A DNA stretch of 64,000 nt, from positions 144,369-208,368 of IMG/VR virus record IMGVR_UViG_3300012979_000027, one strand, 5' to 3'. This document shows positions 30,927-41,709 of the stretch, one piece after another. The notes under the pieces are model-generated. The model was not told the origin of the DNA and ran no database searches. It was given only the letters and a program-made list of their open reading frames with translations. Position 1 is the first letter of the stretch. Each line of letters opens with the position of its first letter. This DNA is from a virus. Its lineage: Duplodnaviria; Caudoviricetes. Made by a program: the position numbers and the translations under genes.

Positions 30927-31368
30927 ATGCAAAAAGATTTACTTTTAGACCAATATTCTAAGGCTTCTGTATCTGATATTAATCTTGAGAGTCCTAATTG
31001 TGCCCGGAGACATCGCAATTAGAGGATTTGTTCTCGATTCACTTTATGATGATTTTGTATTTGCTGATTATATTGATATAGATAATGGTTATATTAAGCA
31101 TGAGTCAGGGCTGGTGACAGTTGATACGTCAGCAACTAAAACTTGGCGTAAGGCTCGTGTTATTATGGTAGGTCCCGCATGTCGTGCTACTTCGCCTGGA
31201 GATATTATTCTTTTTCCAAATGATAAAGGCCTTCCATGTGGTGAAGTAGATTATATTTCTCATTTAGAAGAAAATGACCTCGTTCCGAAGCAAGATATTC
31301 TTGAAACTGCTAAAAACGGTATATTTCTTAGTGAACATCGTATTTTTGCAAAACTTTTAAAGAATTAA
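30927..31368 (+). CDS. GroES/gp31-like co-chaperonin, interrupted by a +1 frameshift at CGG (31005-31007)
   Basis: TGaTATAAT 8 nt before ATG 30927; MQKDLLLDQY...PNCA-G-DIAIRGF...SGL......WRKARVIMVGP.C....PGDIILFP...FLSEHRIFA. Confidence 0.72.
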
Positions 31369-31369
31369 G

Positions 31370-31684
31370 ATGGCTATTTCATCTTCTACATTAGACTCGA
31401 TGCTTCTTGCTAATGTAGTAGATCTTTCTTTTATTAAAAAAGACGGGTCTACTCGTAATATGACTTGTACTAAATCATATGAATTACTTTCTTCATTTGA
31501 AGGACGCTCTTTTTTGAAATATCAAGAACCTAAAGGAAATCCTCGTAATCTTCCTTCAAATCTTTTAACAGTATGGGATATAGATTCACAAGGATTTAGA
31601 ACAGTAAATTGTGAATCGGTAGATATTTTATCAGTAATTCCTGTAGAAAACTTTAGAAAAATGCTTATTGAAAAATACGTTTAA
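31370..31684 (+). CDS. Sm-like/WYL_2 (DUF2693-like) phage protein
   Basis: V...F.KKDGS.R.M.CT and VWDID..GFR. Confidence 0.7.
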   Translation: MAISSSTLDSMLLANVVDLSFIKKDGSTRNMTCTKSYELLSSFEGRSFLKYQEPKGNPRNLPSNLLTVWDIDSQGFRTVNCESVDILSVIPVENFRKMLIEKYV

Positions 31685-31707
31685 ATTTTTATGCAATAAT
31701 TAATTAC

Positions 31708-32055
31708 ATGAAAAATAATATTATCGTCGATTTAAACGAAACCTTTAATGAGTATTTCTTTAAAAAGTTTACTTTTCTATTAGATAATAAAATTATTAAA
31801 GATGGAAGGTTAAAACTCTTTACAATGAAGGGTTTTAACCTTAAATTTTTCTTATTAGATAAAGATAATATTATTAAAAATCTTGAAATACCATATCCAT
31901 TTGATTTGATTAAACTCAATGATGGTTATATTTTTGATTATCGCTTAGAAAAGTTTAAACTTTTAAAGGATTCAGAACTTCTTAATAATGTATTTGAATA
32001 CGATTGTCTTAAATCGAGACTATATGATAAACCTTTAATTGTAAAAATAGAATAA
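31708..32055 (+). CDS. Hypothetical protein
   Basis: 115-aa ORF in operon. Confidence 0.6.
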   Translation: MKNNIIVDLNETFNEYFFKKFTFLLDNKIIKDGRLKLFTMKGFNLKFFLLDKDNIIKNLEIPYPFDLIKLNDGYIFDYRLEKFKLLKDSELLNNVFEYDCLKSRLYDKPLIVKIE

Positions 32056-33698
32056 TGCTTAATGAACCGCTTATAACTGCTTTCCCTGAAGGTGCAACAC
32101 CTAATGATGCACAAGATTATATTATTTCAGAAATAGAAGAAGCTTTAGCACAAGGCAAGAAATACATTATTATTAATGCGCCTACTGCAACTGGAAAGAG
32201 TTATATAGCGAAAACTATTGCTAATTTTTCTGATGACCCGACAGAAGGATTTGTTCATGCCTGTAATACATATCAAATTTATGATAGTGAAGACCCCGAG
32301 GTATCTGAAGAGGACCTTGCGCCATTTGGGACTGCTATTTTAACTGTTACTAAATCTCTTCAGGACCAATATACTGACTTCTTCAAAGATGGTGAAGCAT
32401 TGAAGGGTAAAAGTAATTATGAATGTGCAGTTAATGATATGTACAACTGCGATAATGGTATCTGTACATTCACAAAAGGTCAGTTGAAAAAGTGCCTTGC
32501 TTGCGATAAGTGTCCTTATTTTACTCAACGTAATAAAACAGTTACGAATATTTGTAGTTTTTATAATTATGCGATGTTTGAATCGCTTCCAGATATTGTT
32601 AAAAATAAAGAGTTTATCATTTGTGATGAGGCTTCGGAGCTTGAAAGTGAATTAGTCGGCCGTTATACATTTGAAATCATTTCTAAAGAGCTTAAGAAGA
32701 TTGATTCTGAGTATCCGATTACTCCATCTGTCAACGCTTCTCGAGCAATTATCCTTGATTGGGTAAGTGAGATGTCTTCTATTTGTGAGTACGAATATAA
32801 TTCTTATATGAATCACCTAGCAAAAGAGCTAAAAGATAAGACTAAAAAGAAGCGACTTAATAAAGAAGAGTCTCAGAAGCTCTCTCTTTTGAAAAAATAT
32901 AAGGAAGCTTTCGGGTCTATTCTTGAATCTTGGTCAGAAACTGAATATATTATTACCCATACTGATAACGGGTTAATGTTTCAGCCTTATAATGTAGATA
33001 AATTAGCTCAACGTATCTTCAAGCATGGTAAACATATCATTCTTATGTCTGCCACGATTGTTAATCCTGCTAAGTTTGCAAAAACATTGGGTATAGATGA
33101 CTATTATTTCATTGAAACTGCTACTACATTGTCTGCTAAGAAGGCTCCGATTAAGTGCACAGATAAGTTCAGGCTGAATTATAGGAACAAAAGCGAGATG
33201 CTTCCTAAGATGTGTAAGGTTGCTAATCAAATTTGTGCTATGTATAAGGATAAGAAGGGTATTATCCATACACATTCAATGGATGTTTTAAGCTATCTGA
33301 AGGCGGAACTAGGTGATAACCCTCGATTTTTGTTCCGTGAGCAAGGTATTGATAATGAAAGAATGCTTCAAATTCATCAGGAAAGTAAGGAACCAACTGT
33401 TTTAGTGTCACCTTCTATGACACACGGTGTTGATTTAAAGGGCGAATTGGGTGAATTTCAAATTGTGATGAAGGCGCCCTTCCTTCCTCTTAATGATGAG
33501 CGTGTAAAACGCAAGTTCAATAATGATAAAGAATGGTATATAGATGCCATGTTGTCTACTTTGGTACAGATGTGTGGCCGTTGCAATAGAAGTATTAGTG
33601 ATTATAGTGAAACTTATATTCTCGATGGTCTGATTCTCGATGCTGTTCTTAGAAATAAGGAAAAACTTCCAAAGTATTTCCTTGAAAGATTTATCTAA
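32055..33698 (+). CDS. DinG/Rad3-family SF2 helicase with Cys cluster
   Basis: APTATGKS, LQDQY, KGKSNY.C, C.Y, ICDEA, LMSAT, GVDL, K.PF, Q.CGR.NR..D. Confidence 0.88.
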   Translation: MLNEPLITAFPEGATPNDAQDYIISEIEEALAQGKKYIIINAPTATGKSYIAKTIANFSDDPTEGFVHACNTYQIYDSEDPEVSEEDLAPFGTAILTVTKSLQDQYTDFFKDGEALKGKSNYECAVNDMYNCDNGICTFTKGQLKKCLACDKCPYFTQRNKTVTNICSFYNYAMFESLPDIVKNKEFIICDEASELESELVGRYTFEIISKELKKIDSEYPITPSVNASRAIILDWVSEMSSICEYEYNSYMNHLAKELKDKTKKKRLNKEESQKLSLLKKYKEAFGSILESWSETEYIITHTDNGLMFQPYNVDKLAQRIFKHGKHIILMSATIVNPAKFAKTLGIDDYYFIETATTLSAKKAPIKCTDKFRLNYRNKSEMLPKMCKVANQICAMYKDKKGIIHTHSMDVLSYLKAELGDNPRFLFREQGIDNERMLQIHQESKEPTVLVSPSMTHGVDLKGELGEFQIVMKAPFLPLNDERVKRKFNNDKEWYIDAMLSTLVQMCGRCNRSISDYSETYILDGLILDAVLRNKEKLPKYFLERFI

Positions 33699-33730
33699 TT
33701 TTAATTTTAGAACAAAAATACATTATAACA

Positions 33731-34696
33731 ATGACTTTTGATAAAACATATATAGAAGTGCTTCAAAATATTATGAAGAATGGCATCCGTAAGCAAAATC
33801 GTACGGGTACTGATACTCTTTCCGTGTTTAATACACAGATTTGCGCTGAAGAAGATGCAGAAGGTTATGCAAATATCCCTCTTTCGAATCTTAGAAAGGT
33901 TTTCTTTAAGGGTGCATTAATTGAGGTATTATGGATTCTTGGTATTCATATGAAAGATGAGCGTTATTCTAATCTTCCTCAGACAAATACACAGTATCTT
34001 CTCGACCATGGTGTGAAATATTGGCAACCTTGGACAAATGAAGATAATAATCTTGGACCTGTATATGGTGCACAACTTGTAAATTGGCATGATTATAAGC
34101 TGGTATTTCCTGAAAATTATGAAGATGGTCCCAATGGAGTTGAATATGCAAGCATTTATGTAAATCAGATTCAGAATATTATTGATAAACTTCGCACAAA
34201 TCCTGATGATAGGCGTCTTGTAGCAACAATGTGGAATCCTTCTAAACTTTCTAAGATGGCGTTGCCACCCTGTCATCATACAATGGAATTTTATTCTCAG
34301 CCGATGCCAGATGGTAAGCGAATGCTTCATACCAGATGGATGCAACGTTCCTGTGATATGCCGATTGGTATACCTTACGATATGCTTCTTTATACCCTTC
34401 TTAATAAGATCGTAGCTTTGTGTACTGGACATATTCCTGGACATGTTTATGGACTTCTTGGTGATAGCCATATCTATGTAAATCAGATTGATGGTGTTAA
34501 AGAAATGCTTAATCGAGCCGAAACTGATGATTTTAAAGCATGCCCTCAACCAAAAATCTACATTGAAGACCGTATTTTTGATATTATTGCTGAAAAGGGT
34601 TGGTGCGATTTGACCGATTTTAATATCGATGGCTCTGATTTTAAGTTAGTTACATACGAACCTCTTGCAAAAATTGATATGCCAGTATCTGTATGA
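33731..34696 (+). CDS. thyA: Thymidylate synthase
   Basis: NRTGT, LGPVYGAQ, DDRR, MALPPCH, QRSCD..IG.P, GDSHIY.N. Confidence 0.95.
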   Translation: MTFDKTYIEVLQNIMKNGIRKQNRTGTDTLSVFNTQICAEEDAEGYANIPLSNLRKVFFKGALIEVLWILGIHMKDERYSNLPQTNTQYLLDHGVKYWQPWTNEDNNLGPVYGAQLVNWHDYKLVFPENYEDGPNGVEYASIYVNQIQNIIDKLRTNPDDRRLVATMWNPSKLSKMALPPCHHTMEFYSQPMPDGKRMLHTRWMQRSCDMPIGIPYDMLLYTLLNKIVALCTGHIPGHVYGLLGDSHIYVNQIDGVKEMLNRAETDDFKACPQPKIYIEDRIFDIIAEKGWCDLTDFNIDGSDFKLVTYEPLAKIDMPVSV

Positions 34697-35046
34697 TTAA
34701 ACCAAGTACTAAAAAATTTAAATGCCCTCATTGTGGAAGCACTAAATTGAATATTATGTGCATGATAGAGGCAGAAAGAAGGTTATTTGAACCCATTTTT
34801 AAAAATGGGTATTTAACTTATTCAAGAGTTGGTTCAACACTTTTAGATTGGGCCGAATCTCCATCATTTAGCTATACATATTGTTGTCATAATTGCAAAC
34901 ATCAATGGTATGGTGAGGATTCATTAGTTAGAAGTGGAGCATTTGGTACAATTATGGCGTCTGAAATGCATGCTACATTTGATAGAACTAATACTAAATC
35001 GTTAGCTGATGAAGAAGGAAGGGATTTTGAAATAACTTTACATTAA
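34693..35046 (+). CDS. Zn-ribbon hypothetical protein
   Basis: CPHCGS and CHNC motifs. Confidence 0.6.
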   Translation: MIKPSTKKFKCPHCGSTKLNIMCMIEAERRLFEPIFKNGYLTYSRVGSTLLDWAESPSFSYTYCCHNCKHQWYGEDSLVRSGAFGTIMASEMHATFDRTNTKSLADEEGRDFEITLH

Positions 35047-35070
35047 TTTAGAACTGAAGTATATAAAATT

Positions 35071-35802
35071 ATGACTTTAAACGATTTTATTATTGATAAT
35101 AATTGTAAGAACTTTAATGAGCTGAAGGAGCGCCTTTGCAATAAGTATGCTGCTCTTAGAGTTAAGATGAAGGGAGTTGATTATAGTTATCTTTTTTCTC
35201 TTAATCCTAAAGTTGATAATTGTTCCCATTCTAGTTGGGATCCTGACCATTATGTTACTGCTACTAATAATGTAATGGCTTGTACTAAGTTTGATACTAT
35301 TAATGGTATCGATATTGAAAATATTAAACCTGTAACTAAAGACACTCTTGAGGATAAGGAAGTCGCTTTGCTTTTTGCTCATGAAGCTAATGTATTTGAT
35401 GATACATTTGATTTCCAGGTGAAGTATGGCCTCATGACTCGAGAGGAAATGTTTGAAAAGGCGCCATATTTCATTGAAAAGGACAATTTGATGATGAAAA
35501 TCGGTCATCTTAAGGAAGAACTTGCAGAAATTGAGAAGGCTGCTGAGAATGGTGATCTTGCCGAGTTTGCCGATGGTATTATTGACCTTATCTATGTTGC
35601 GGCTGGACTTGGTAATCTTTGTCGTTTGCCGATGAAGGAGCTTTGGAATGATGTTCAGAATTCTAATATGGTTGGTAAAGAGAGAGTAACGTCTCTTGAT
35701 AAAGCAACAAAGCGCGGTTCTACTTTTGATGTACGTAAGACAGATAAGTGGGTTGGCCCTCGCGGCGCAGATATTATTGAACATTTTTCAATCGGGAAGT
35801 AA
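35071..35802 (+). CDS. MazG-like/PRA-PH NTP pyrophosphohydrolase
   Basis: LKEELAE...E.ADG.IDL.YV..G, V..SNM.K, K...W..P. Confidence 0.8.
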   Translation: MTLNDFIIDNNCKNFNELKERLCNKYAALRVKMKGVDYSYLFSLNPKVDNCSHSSWDPDHYVTATNNVMACTKFDTINGIDIENIKPVTKDTLEDKEVALLFAHEANVFDDTFDFQVKYGLMTREEMFEKAPYFIEKDNLMMKIGHLKEELAEIEKAAENGDLAEFADGIIDLIYVAAGLGNLCRLPMKELWNDVQNSNMVGKERVTSLDKATKRGSTFDVRKTDKWVGPRGADIIEHFSIGK

Positions 35803-35833
35803 ATCTTCCCGATTTTATGATATAATTAAAGAA

Positions 35834-36370
35834 ATGAATAAAAATAAGATAGACACAGTTGAAGTACCAGTTCTTGAGTTAACCTTTGATAAATTTTTGG
35901 AGTTGAGTAAGAAGATTAATATTATTGATTGTATTACACTTTTTTCGATGCCCAATCATGTAAAGACTTATTCTGACCCGGAGAAAACTCCAATCGGTGA
36001 TTTAATTTTAGAACTTATTGAATATCAAAAGGAAGAAAACGAGTGGCGTATATCTAAACATCCAGTACAGGATTATACTATTGAGAACAATACAGCTAAG
36101 TTTCTTGATAAGTCAATTACGGATGCTGCCCGAGTTATTATCGTTTCTAAAATGAACTCAGTTTTTATTATTCCAGGTGAAAATTCGATTAAAAATGGTA
36201 ATTGTCAGCCGAATCAAATTATTAAACTCTCTAATATGATTTCTTCTCAGCTTTTTTTGCTTCAATTTAAAGATGTTAAGGAAGAAGACTCCGAAAAGTA
36301 TAATCTTCAAATCGAGTTTGCTCTTATAGACAGAACTAATATAAAAGAAAAACATGACGATACAAATTAA
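35834..36370 (+). CDS. Hypothetical protein
   Basis: Likely start MNKNKID after TGaTATAAT. Confidence 0.55.
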   Translation: MNKNKIDTVEVPVLELTFDKFLELSKKINIIDCITLFSMPNHVKTYSDPEKTPIGDLILELIEYQKEENEWRISKHPVQDYTIENNTAKFLDKSITDAARVIIVSKMNSVFIIPGENSIKNGNCQPNQIIKLSNMISSQLFLLQFKDVKEEDSEKYNLQIEFALIDRTNIKEKHDDTN

Positions 36371-37106
36371 AGGTGATTGTTATGTAGTTGGGGATATTCA
36401 TGGAGAAGCATGTACTTTAGTAGACGTGCTTTCTTCATATGAAATTACGAATTGTACTCTTATACTTTTGGGAGATATTGGTATTTGGCGTTATCGTGAT
36501 TATAAGCATTATCGTATTTTAGATGAATATGGTTTAAAAAATAATGTAATTATCTACGCTTTTCGAGGAAATCATGATAATCCTACATTTTTTAAGCATC
36601 CAAATGGGCGTTCTCCTATTGTAGATCGTTTTTGGAATAAATTTACTCATTTCAAATTGATTCCAGACCTCTCTATTATTGATATTAATGGAGCAAAGGG
36701 TATCGTAATCGGTGGAGGATTGTCTATCGACAGAAGCATTCGCCGTTCTTTTCAATACGCTTTTCGTAATAATGGAGGAGTTTATAAGAGAAATGACTGG
36801 TGGAATGATGAAGGCCTACCTATAACTGATGGAATTGAGGAAAAAGTCGACTTTATTCTTTCGCATGTTGGTCCTAGGCCGACCAAAACTCCGCCTTTAA
36901 ACGAAAATAATTGTCAATTTTTTAAGATTGATTATGATTTAGAGGATGCCATCAATAAAGAAAATGCCCATTTGCATAAGATTCATCAACAATTTAATCC
37001 AAAAAAATGGTGGTTCGGACATTTTCATATCAATGATGCATTTAATTACGGCCAAACTCGTTGTTATGCAGTTGATATATTGAATCTTTCACCGGTTCTT
37101 ATATAA
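36354..37106 (+). CDS. Metallophosphoesterase
   Basis: GDIHG, LGD.G, RGNHD, GGG.SIDR, SH, FGHFH. Confidence 0.88.
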   Translation: MTIQIKGDCYVVGDIHGEACTLVDVLSSYEITNCTLILLGDIGIWRYRDYKHYRILDEYGLKNNVIIYAFRGNHDNPTFFKHPNGRSPIVDRFWNKFTHFKLIPDLSIIDINGAKGIVIGGGLSIDRSIRRSFQYAFRNNGGVYKRNDWWNDEGLPITDGIEEKVDFILSHVGPRPTKTPPLNENNCQFFKIDYDLEDAINKENAHLHKIHQQFNPKKWWFGHFHINDAFNYGQTRCYAVDILNLSPVLI

Positions 37107-37142
37107 GTTTTTGCCATAATATCTATCATAAATAAAGATATT

Positions 37143-37790
37143 ATGGCAAACTTATTAACACCAATCGTATTAAACTTTCCAGACCGAGGCTCTTGCGCGG
37201 TTGATTATATTGATTACTTCGATGAAGGTCAATATGGTCCCGACAAGGCCTTTTTTGTTGGAAGATTCCAGAAATTAGATGAAATTGCTACACAGATGAA
37301 TACTTGTTTAGCGCTTCAGAATACACCAGGAAGCATGATTCATGTGAATCGTACTAATATTCCTGACAAGTGGATGGACCCGATGACCTCATATTCAGAC
37401 CCATTCCCTCGTCGCGCGCAATATAAGATTCGTTTCTTACTTCGCATTAAGTTCTATGGCGATTATGCGTATATTGATTTGGGTGCTAAATGGTCTTCTG
37501 ATGATGATTTGACAGCTGGAGCACCAATAGTAACTTCTGAAGAACTTAGTGTAGTGAATAAATGTTGGATTTCTGAAAGAGATGCTAATTTTATTTTAGA
37601 CGAACTCAAAAAAGCTGGTCTAAGCTTTAACGGTTCTACCACATATGATGCAGCAACTGCATCTGTAAGAGTTCTTACCGAAGAAGAACTTGCAGCTATT
37701 GAAGAAGAAAAAGCAGTTGCATCTGCAAATTATATTATTGACGACGAATCATACTTTGTAGATGCTGATGGGAAACCGCTTACACTATAA
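37143..37790 (+). CDS. Late (virion?) hypothetical protein
   Basis: TAAATA 8 nt upstream. Confidence 0.55.
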   Translation: MANLLTPIVLNFPDRGSCAVDYIDYFDEGQYGPDKAFFVGRFQKLDEIATQMNTCLALQNTPGSMIHVNRTNIPDKWMDPMTSYSDPFPRRAQYKIRFLLRIKFYGDYAYIDLGAKWSSDDDLTAGAPIVTSEELSVVNKCWISERDANFILDELKKAGLSFNGSTTYDAATASVRVLTEEELAAIEEEKAVASANYIIDDESYFVDADGKPLTL

Positions 37791-37793
37791 ATA
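37786..37793 (+). promoter_or_regulatory. Representative T4-type late promoter TATAAATA
   Basis: Matches the T4 gp55 consensus; the TAAATA core recurs before structural genes and a gp55 homolog is present. Confidence 0.75.
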
Positions 37794-37800
37794 ATATTGT

Positions 37801-38073
37801 ATGGCAGAAGAACAAGTTACAACAACTCCAGTAACTGACGCAAAGCCGGTTACGAAAGAAGAGCACAAGGCAAATATTGTTAAAAAAATTATTGATTGCG
37901 CTACTTCTGTGATGAAGGCAGCATTCTCTAAAGGTGACGCTGACACAGTATGGTATAAAAAGGGTCTTTATTATACAGCTGCAGGTATTCTTGCTGTTAT
38001 TGTATATGCTTTTACATATCATGGTGTAGAAATTATTGATTGGCTTACAGCCCTCGTAAGTAGTTTATTTTAA
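37801..38073 (+). CDS. Late small membrane protein (holin candidate)
   Basis: TATAAATA upstream; C-terminal TM helix. Confidence 0.45.
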   Translation: MAEEQVTTTPVTDAKPVTKEEHKANIVKKIIDCATSVMKAAFSKGDADTVWYKKGLYYTAAGILAVIVYAFTYHGVEIIDWLTALVSSLF

Positions 38074-38099
38074 TATAAAATATTTTATAAATTTATAAT

Positions 38100-38139
38100 A
38101 AAATGAGATTATACCTTTTTACCGGTATAATCTCATTTT
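38100..38139 (+). terminator. Hairpin terminator
   Basis: aaaatgagattatacc...ggtataatctcatttt. Confidence 0.65.
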
Positions 38140-38156
38140 ATTAAATAACATTAGAT

Positions 38157-38882
38157 ATGATTTCAAAATGTAATAATATTGTAATCAACAGAACAAAATT
38201 TTCTGATTTTGAAAATTTTGATACGAGTTCTCAATCAACAGAAAATTTAAAATTAGTTGGTTATGTAGATACGTATGATCCTTGCTCTGGAGAACATATT
38301 AAAAAAAATGTTGCAGTAAATTATCCAGAGACAACTAATACTATTTCATTTTCTAATAACTATTACATCTCAGATTTAAAAAATTTTTCTCCAATAAACA
38401 ATTGGGTTACTGTATCATCTATTGGTAATTTTACTACTTGTTTTAGAATAAATTCTAATTTTGAAGGTGACTTTATACAATTTAATATTTTAAACGCATA
38501 TGGTAATGGAATGTTGGATAATATTATGAATGTTAATAATGGAATTAATGAATTAGTAATTTCATTCGCTAAAACATTTCCATTAGGAAAGAAAATAAAT
38601 GTATTATTTTCGGGATTTCCAGTAAAAGCGATAAATGATAAACCATGTGTTATTAGACAGCTAGATTTTAATAATTGGTCAGAAGTACCTAGCTTAGCTC
38701 CTGGTGTATTATTTGAATCAGACCAAAACTATAAATCACCAGATGGTAATACACAAATTACCAAAAATATTTTAATTACTTTTGTTCAAAAAGCTAAATC
38801 TGGAGCACTGGCTACAGAAAATGGTACTACAAGCGATAATAATAAGATAATGGTTGCAACTGATATTAAATTAATTGACTAA
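38157..38882 (+). CDS. Late hypothetical (virion?) protein
   Basis: TAAATA 9 nt upstream; first gene of a structural operon. Confidence 0.55.
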   Translation: MISKCNNIVINRTKFSDFENFDTSSQSTENLKLVGYVDTYDPCSGEHIKKNVAVNYPETTNTISFSNNYYISDLKNFSPINNWVTVSSIGNFTTCFRINSNFEGDFIQFNILNAYGNGMLDNIMNVNNGINELVISFAKTFPLGKKINVLFSGFPVKAINDKPCVIRQLDFNNWSEVPSLAPGVLFESDQNYKSPDGNTQITKNILITFVQKAKSGALATENGTTSDNNKIMVATDIKLID

Positions 38883-38892
38883 TATAACTGAT

Positions 38893-41709
38893 ATGACTAA
38901 TACTTTTTATAAACCAAAAAATGAATTTGGAGAGTTACTTGCTTCAGAAAATTTTATAAATTCTAAAATTGCCAATGAAATTTCTGTGCGTGAAGAAGAA
39001 ACTATTAAAATATATGAAGATATTAATAGTATCTATAAGCATATAAATGAAGTTCCTTTTTATAAATTCGAAGAATTACCAGGAAGTAATTTAACTATAG
39101 AAGAATATATTTTATCTAATAAAATAAACAATAATTCTTTAACCCCAGAAGAATTAAAAATAGAATTAAGCAAAACAATTTATTTGCGTCCGATTAATAA
39201 AAATGAATTTGAAGAATATATTTGTTTAAATCCCGATGCTTATAATTCTATAACTTTTGCTAATGCGCGTTTTAATCGTATTGGCTCTGGAGAAGCATCT
39301 ATTGCTTCTATTTCTCGTCTAGGTTCAGTATCACTCTTTTGTGATGATGTTTATGAATTTAATGATGAACAATGGAATAATTTATATCCAAAACCGATAT
39401 TAAATGACGGCTCAGAAGGAACTCCTAGCCCTAAAGAAGGATTAGCAGTAGCACCATATATATTACGTAAATTTGTTCAAAAAGATAAACAAACTGAAAA
39501 TGATATAGATATTATTAACAAAAATATTAATAATATTTCTTCTGATATTGAAAAAATAAACAAAGAATTAGGTGGAATATTAGAAGATAACACTGCTGAA
39601 AATCAAGGTTCTGAAATTGAAAATTTAAAACAAGAAATAATCAATATTAAATCCTTTAATGATTCACAGCAACTTATTATTTCTCAAAATACAAATACTA
39701 TTACTCAACATTCAGATGATTTAGATAATTTAAAAGCAGCAATAGGCATTTCTAATTGCGAAAATGATATTGAATGCTCTGTATTTTGTCGCTTAGACGA
39801 TATATCAGAACGATTGAATAGTAATGACGAAAATGACGCTAATATTGATATTAGGGTTGTAGATCTAGAAGAAAAAATATTAACAATTACTGATAACACT
39901 TTAAGGATAGATAATATTGATGAAGCAGTCACCGAGTTAAATGCTAAAATTATTAGTAATACTGATGAATTGAATAAAATTAATAATACTATTGGTGATA
40001 AAGAAAATTTAGTTGAAGGCACTATTCAGCATGATATCTCTCTTATCAATAGCGAAATAAAACGAATAGATAAAATTAATGAAATTAATAAAAACGCATC
40101 AAATATAGCGGTTATCCAGGAAGAACTTAAAAAATTAACAGAAGAAACTTCATCTAATAATACTTCTCTATTAAATTATATTAATATTTTAGAAAGCGAA
40201 GATGAAAAAATTAATAAAAATATAGCAGCATTTAAGGATGAAGTTGGCGCACCTACTAAAAATGATGTAACATTATGGGAATTAGCTGAAGATACCGCCG
40301 CATTTGCTTTAAGGAATAAAAGCGATATAGATAATTATAAGTCTTTAATAGAAACTAATACTAATAATATTACAAAAAATACAGGAGATATTGGTTATGT
40401 TAAAGGCGAATTTAATACATTTAAAACAAATATCAATACCGTTCTTAATTCTTTAAAGTTAAGTATCGATACTAATAGTGCTAATATTAGTGCAAACAGT
40501 GCAAATATTAGTACAAATAGCGCAAATATTACTTCTCAGGATAAACGTATTGAAATAGTTGAAAATGATATTAAATCAATTAATGCAAAAATACCTTCAG
40601 ACTGGACTCAGACAACGTTTACAGGCACTAAAACTCTAGCTGAGCAAAATAAAAATAAGATAGAATTATGCATTAATGATATAAAATCACATACAGAAAT
40701 TATAAACTCTCATGATGCTAGAATAACTTTACTTGAAAATAATAATATATCAGATATCGAAGCGGATATAGAAAATATCAAGGCTGATATTAATAAAATT
40801 GATTTTAGTACTTTATCTAATATTACTGTAAATTTCGCTAATATTAATAATGAAATTAGTAATTTAAATAAATCAATTTCTGATAAAGCTTCTAAAGAAG
40901 ATTTAGCTAATTCTGAATTAGAACTGAGTAACGTAATTAATCAAAATACAGGTAAGATAATTGAATTAACTTCCAGAATATCAGCTTTAGATAATCCAGA
41001 AAATGGAGCTATTTCAAATATAAAATCTGATATAGAAAAAAATAGTGATGATATAGAAGATTTAAAAGAAAATACGATTAAAAATTTAGATAATCGTATA
41101 GTGTCTTTGGAAAAAACTTCAGTTACTGAAGAATCATATAATAAAAAAATAGAGTCAATTAAGAAAGATATTATTAATAACACCGGCAAAATTGGTGCGC
41201 TTGACCAACGTGTAGATGATGTATATAATACGGTAAACGCTTTAGTTGCGGGCAAGGAAATTTTAACTTCTGAAGTCTCAGGTATCAAAACAGTATCTAG
41301 TGAACATAGTATACAAATTGCGGCATTAGAGGAAAAATCAAATGAAATTAGTGATATATTAGTACAAACTGCTAATTCTAATTTGGCTAATAATATTTTA
41401 ATTAGATGCCAACTAGATGGAGATGACCCTAATACTGAAATTAATGAAGGACGAGCTAAATTATCATTTAACGCTATTGCCAATAAATTAGGATTAAATC
41501 CAAACGATTTAGAGATTATGGTAACCGGCGTTCGTTTATCATATGGTGATAGTATGCTTCATGATGAACATATAACTACTGAAATATCTTATGTAGATGG
41601 AGGCGATGAAGGAAGACTTATATATATAGATTTTTCTGGTTACGAAACTCCACATAATATTTTAGTATCAATTACATATAGTATTATATCAAATATAATT
41701 GAATTATAA
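38893..41709 (+). CDS. Long coiled-coil fibre-like structural protein
   Basis: Extended heptad repeats (NSANISANSANIS, RITLLE, RISALD); likely ATG at 38893. Confidence 0.7.
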   Translation: MTNTFYKPKNEFGELLASENFINSKIANEISVREEETIKIYEDINSIYKHINEVPFYKFEELPGSNLTIEEYILSNKINNNSLTPEELKIELSKTIYLRPINKNEFEEYICLNPDAYNSITFANARFNRIGSGEASIASISRLGSVSLFCDDVYEFNDEQWNNLYPKPILNDGSEGTPSPKEGLAVAPYILRKFVQKDKQTENDIDIINKNINNISSDIEKINKELGGILEDNTAENQGSEIENLKQEIINIKSFNDSQQLIISQNTNTITQHSDDLDNLKAAIGISNCENDIECSVFCRLDDISERLNSNDENDANIDIRVVDLEEKILTITDNTLRIDNIDEAVTELNAKIISNTDELNKINNTIGDKENLVEGTIQHDISLINSEIKRIDKINEINKNASNIAVIQEELKKLTEETSSNNTSLLNYINILESEDEKINKNIAAFKDEVGAPTKNDVTLWELAEDTAAFALRNKSDIDNYKSLIETNTNNITKNTGDIGYVKGEFNTFKTNINTVLNSLKLSIDTNSANISANSANISTNSANITSQDKRIEIVENDIKSINAKIPSDWTQTTFTGTKTLAEQNKNKIELCINDIKSHTEIINSHDARITLLENNNISDIEADIENIKADINKIDFSTLSNITVNFANINNEISNLNKSISDKASKEDLANSELELSNVINQNTGKIIELTSRISALDNPENGAISNIKSDIEKNSDDIEDLKENTIKNLDNRIVSLEKTSVTEESYNKKIESIKKDIINNTGKIGALDQRVDDVYNTVNALVAGKEILTSEVSGIKTVSSEHSIQIAALEEKSNEISDILVQTANSNLANNILIRCQLDGDDPNTEINEGRAKLSFNAIANKLGLNPNDLEIMVTGVRLSYGDSMLHDEHITTEISYVDGGDEGRLIYIDFSGYETPHNILVSITYSIISNIIEL

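Noticed and set aside
38875-38895. Another frameshift joining 38157..38882 to the coiled-coil gene
   Set aside because: No CGG site is present and a normal ATG lies at 38893, so two separate genes is the simpler reading.
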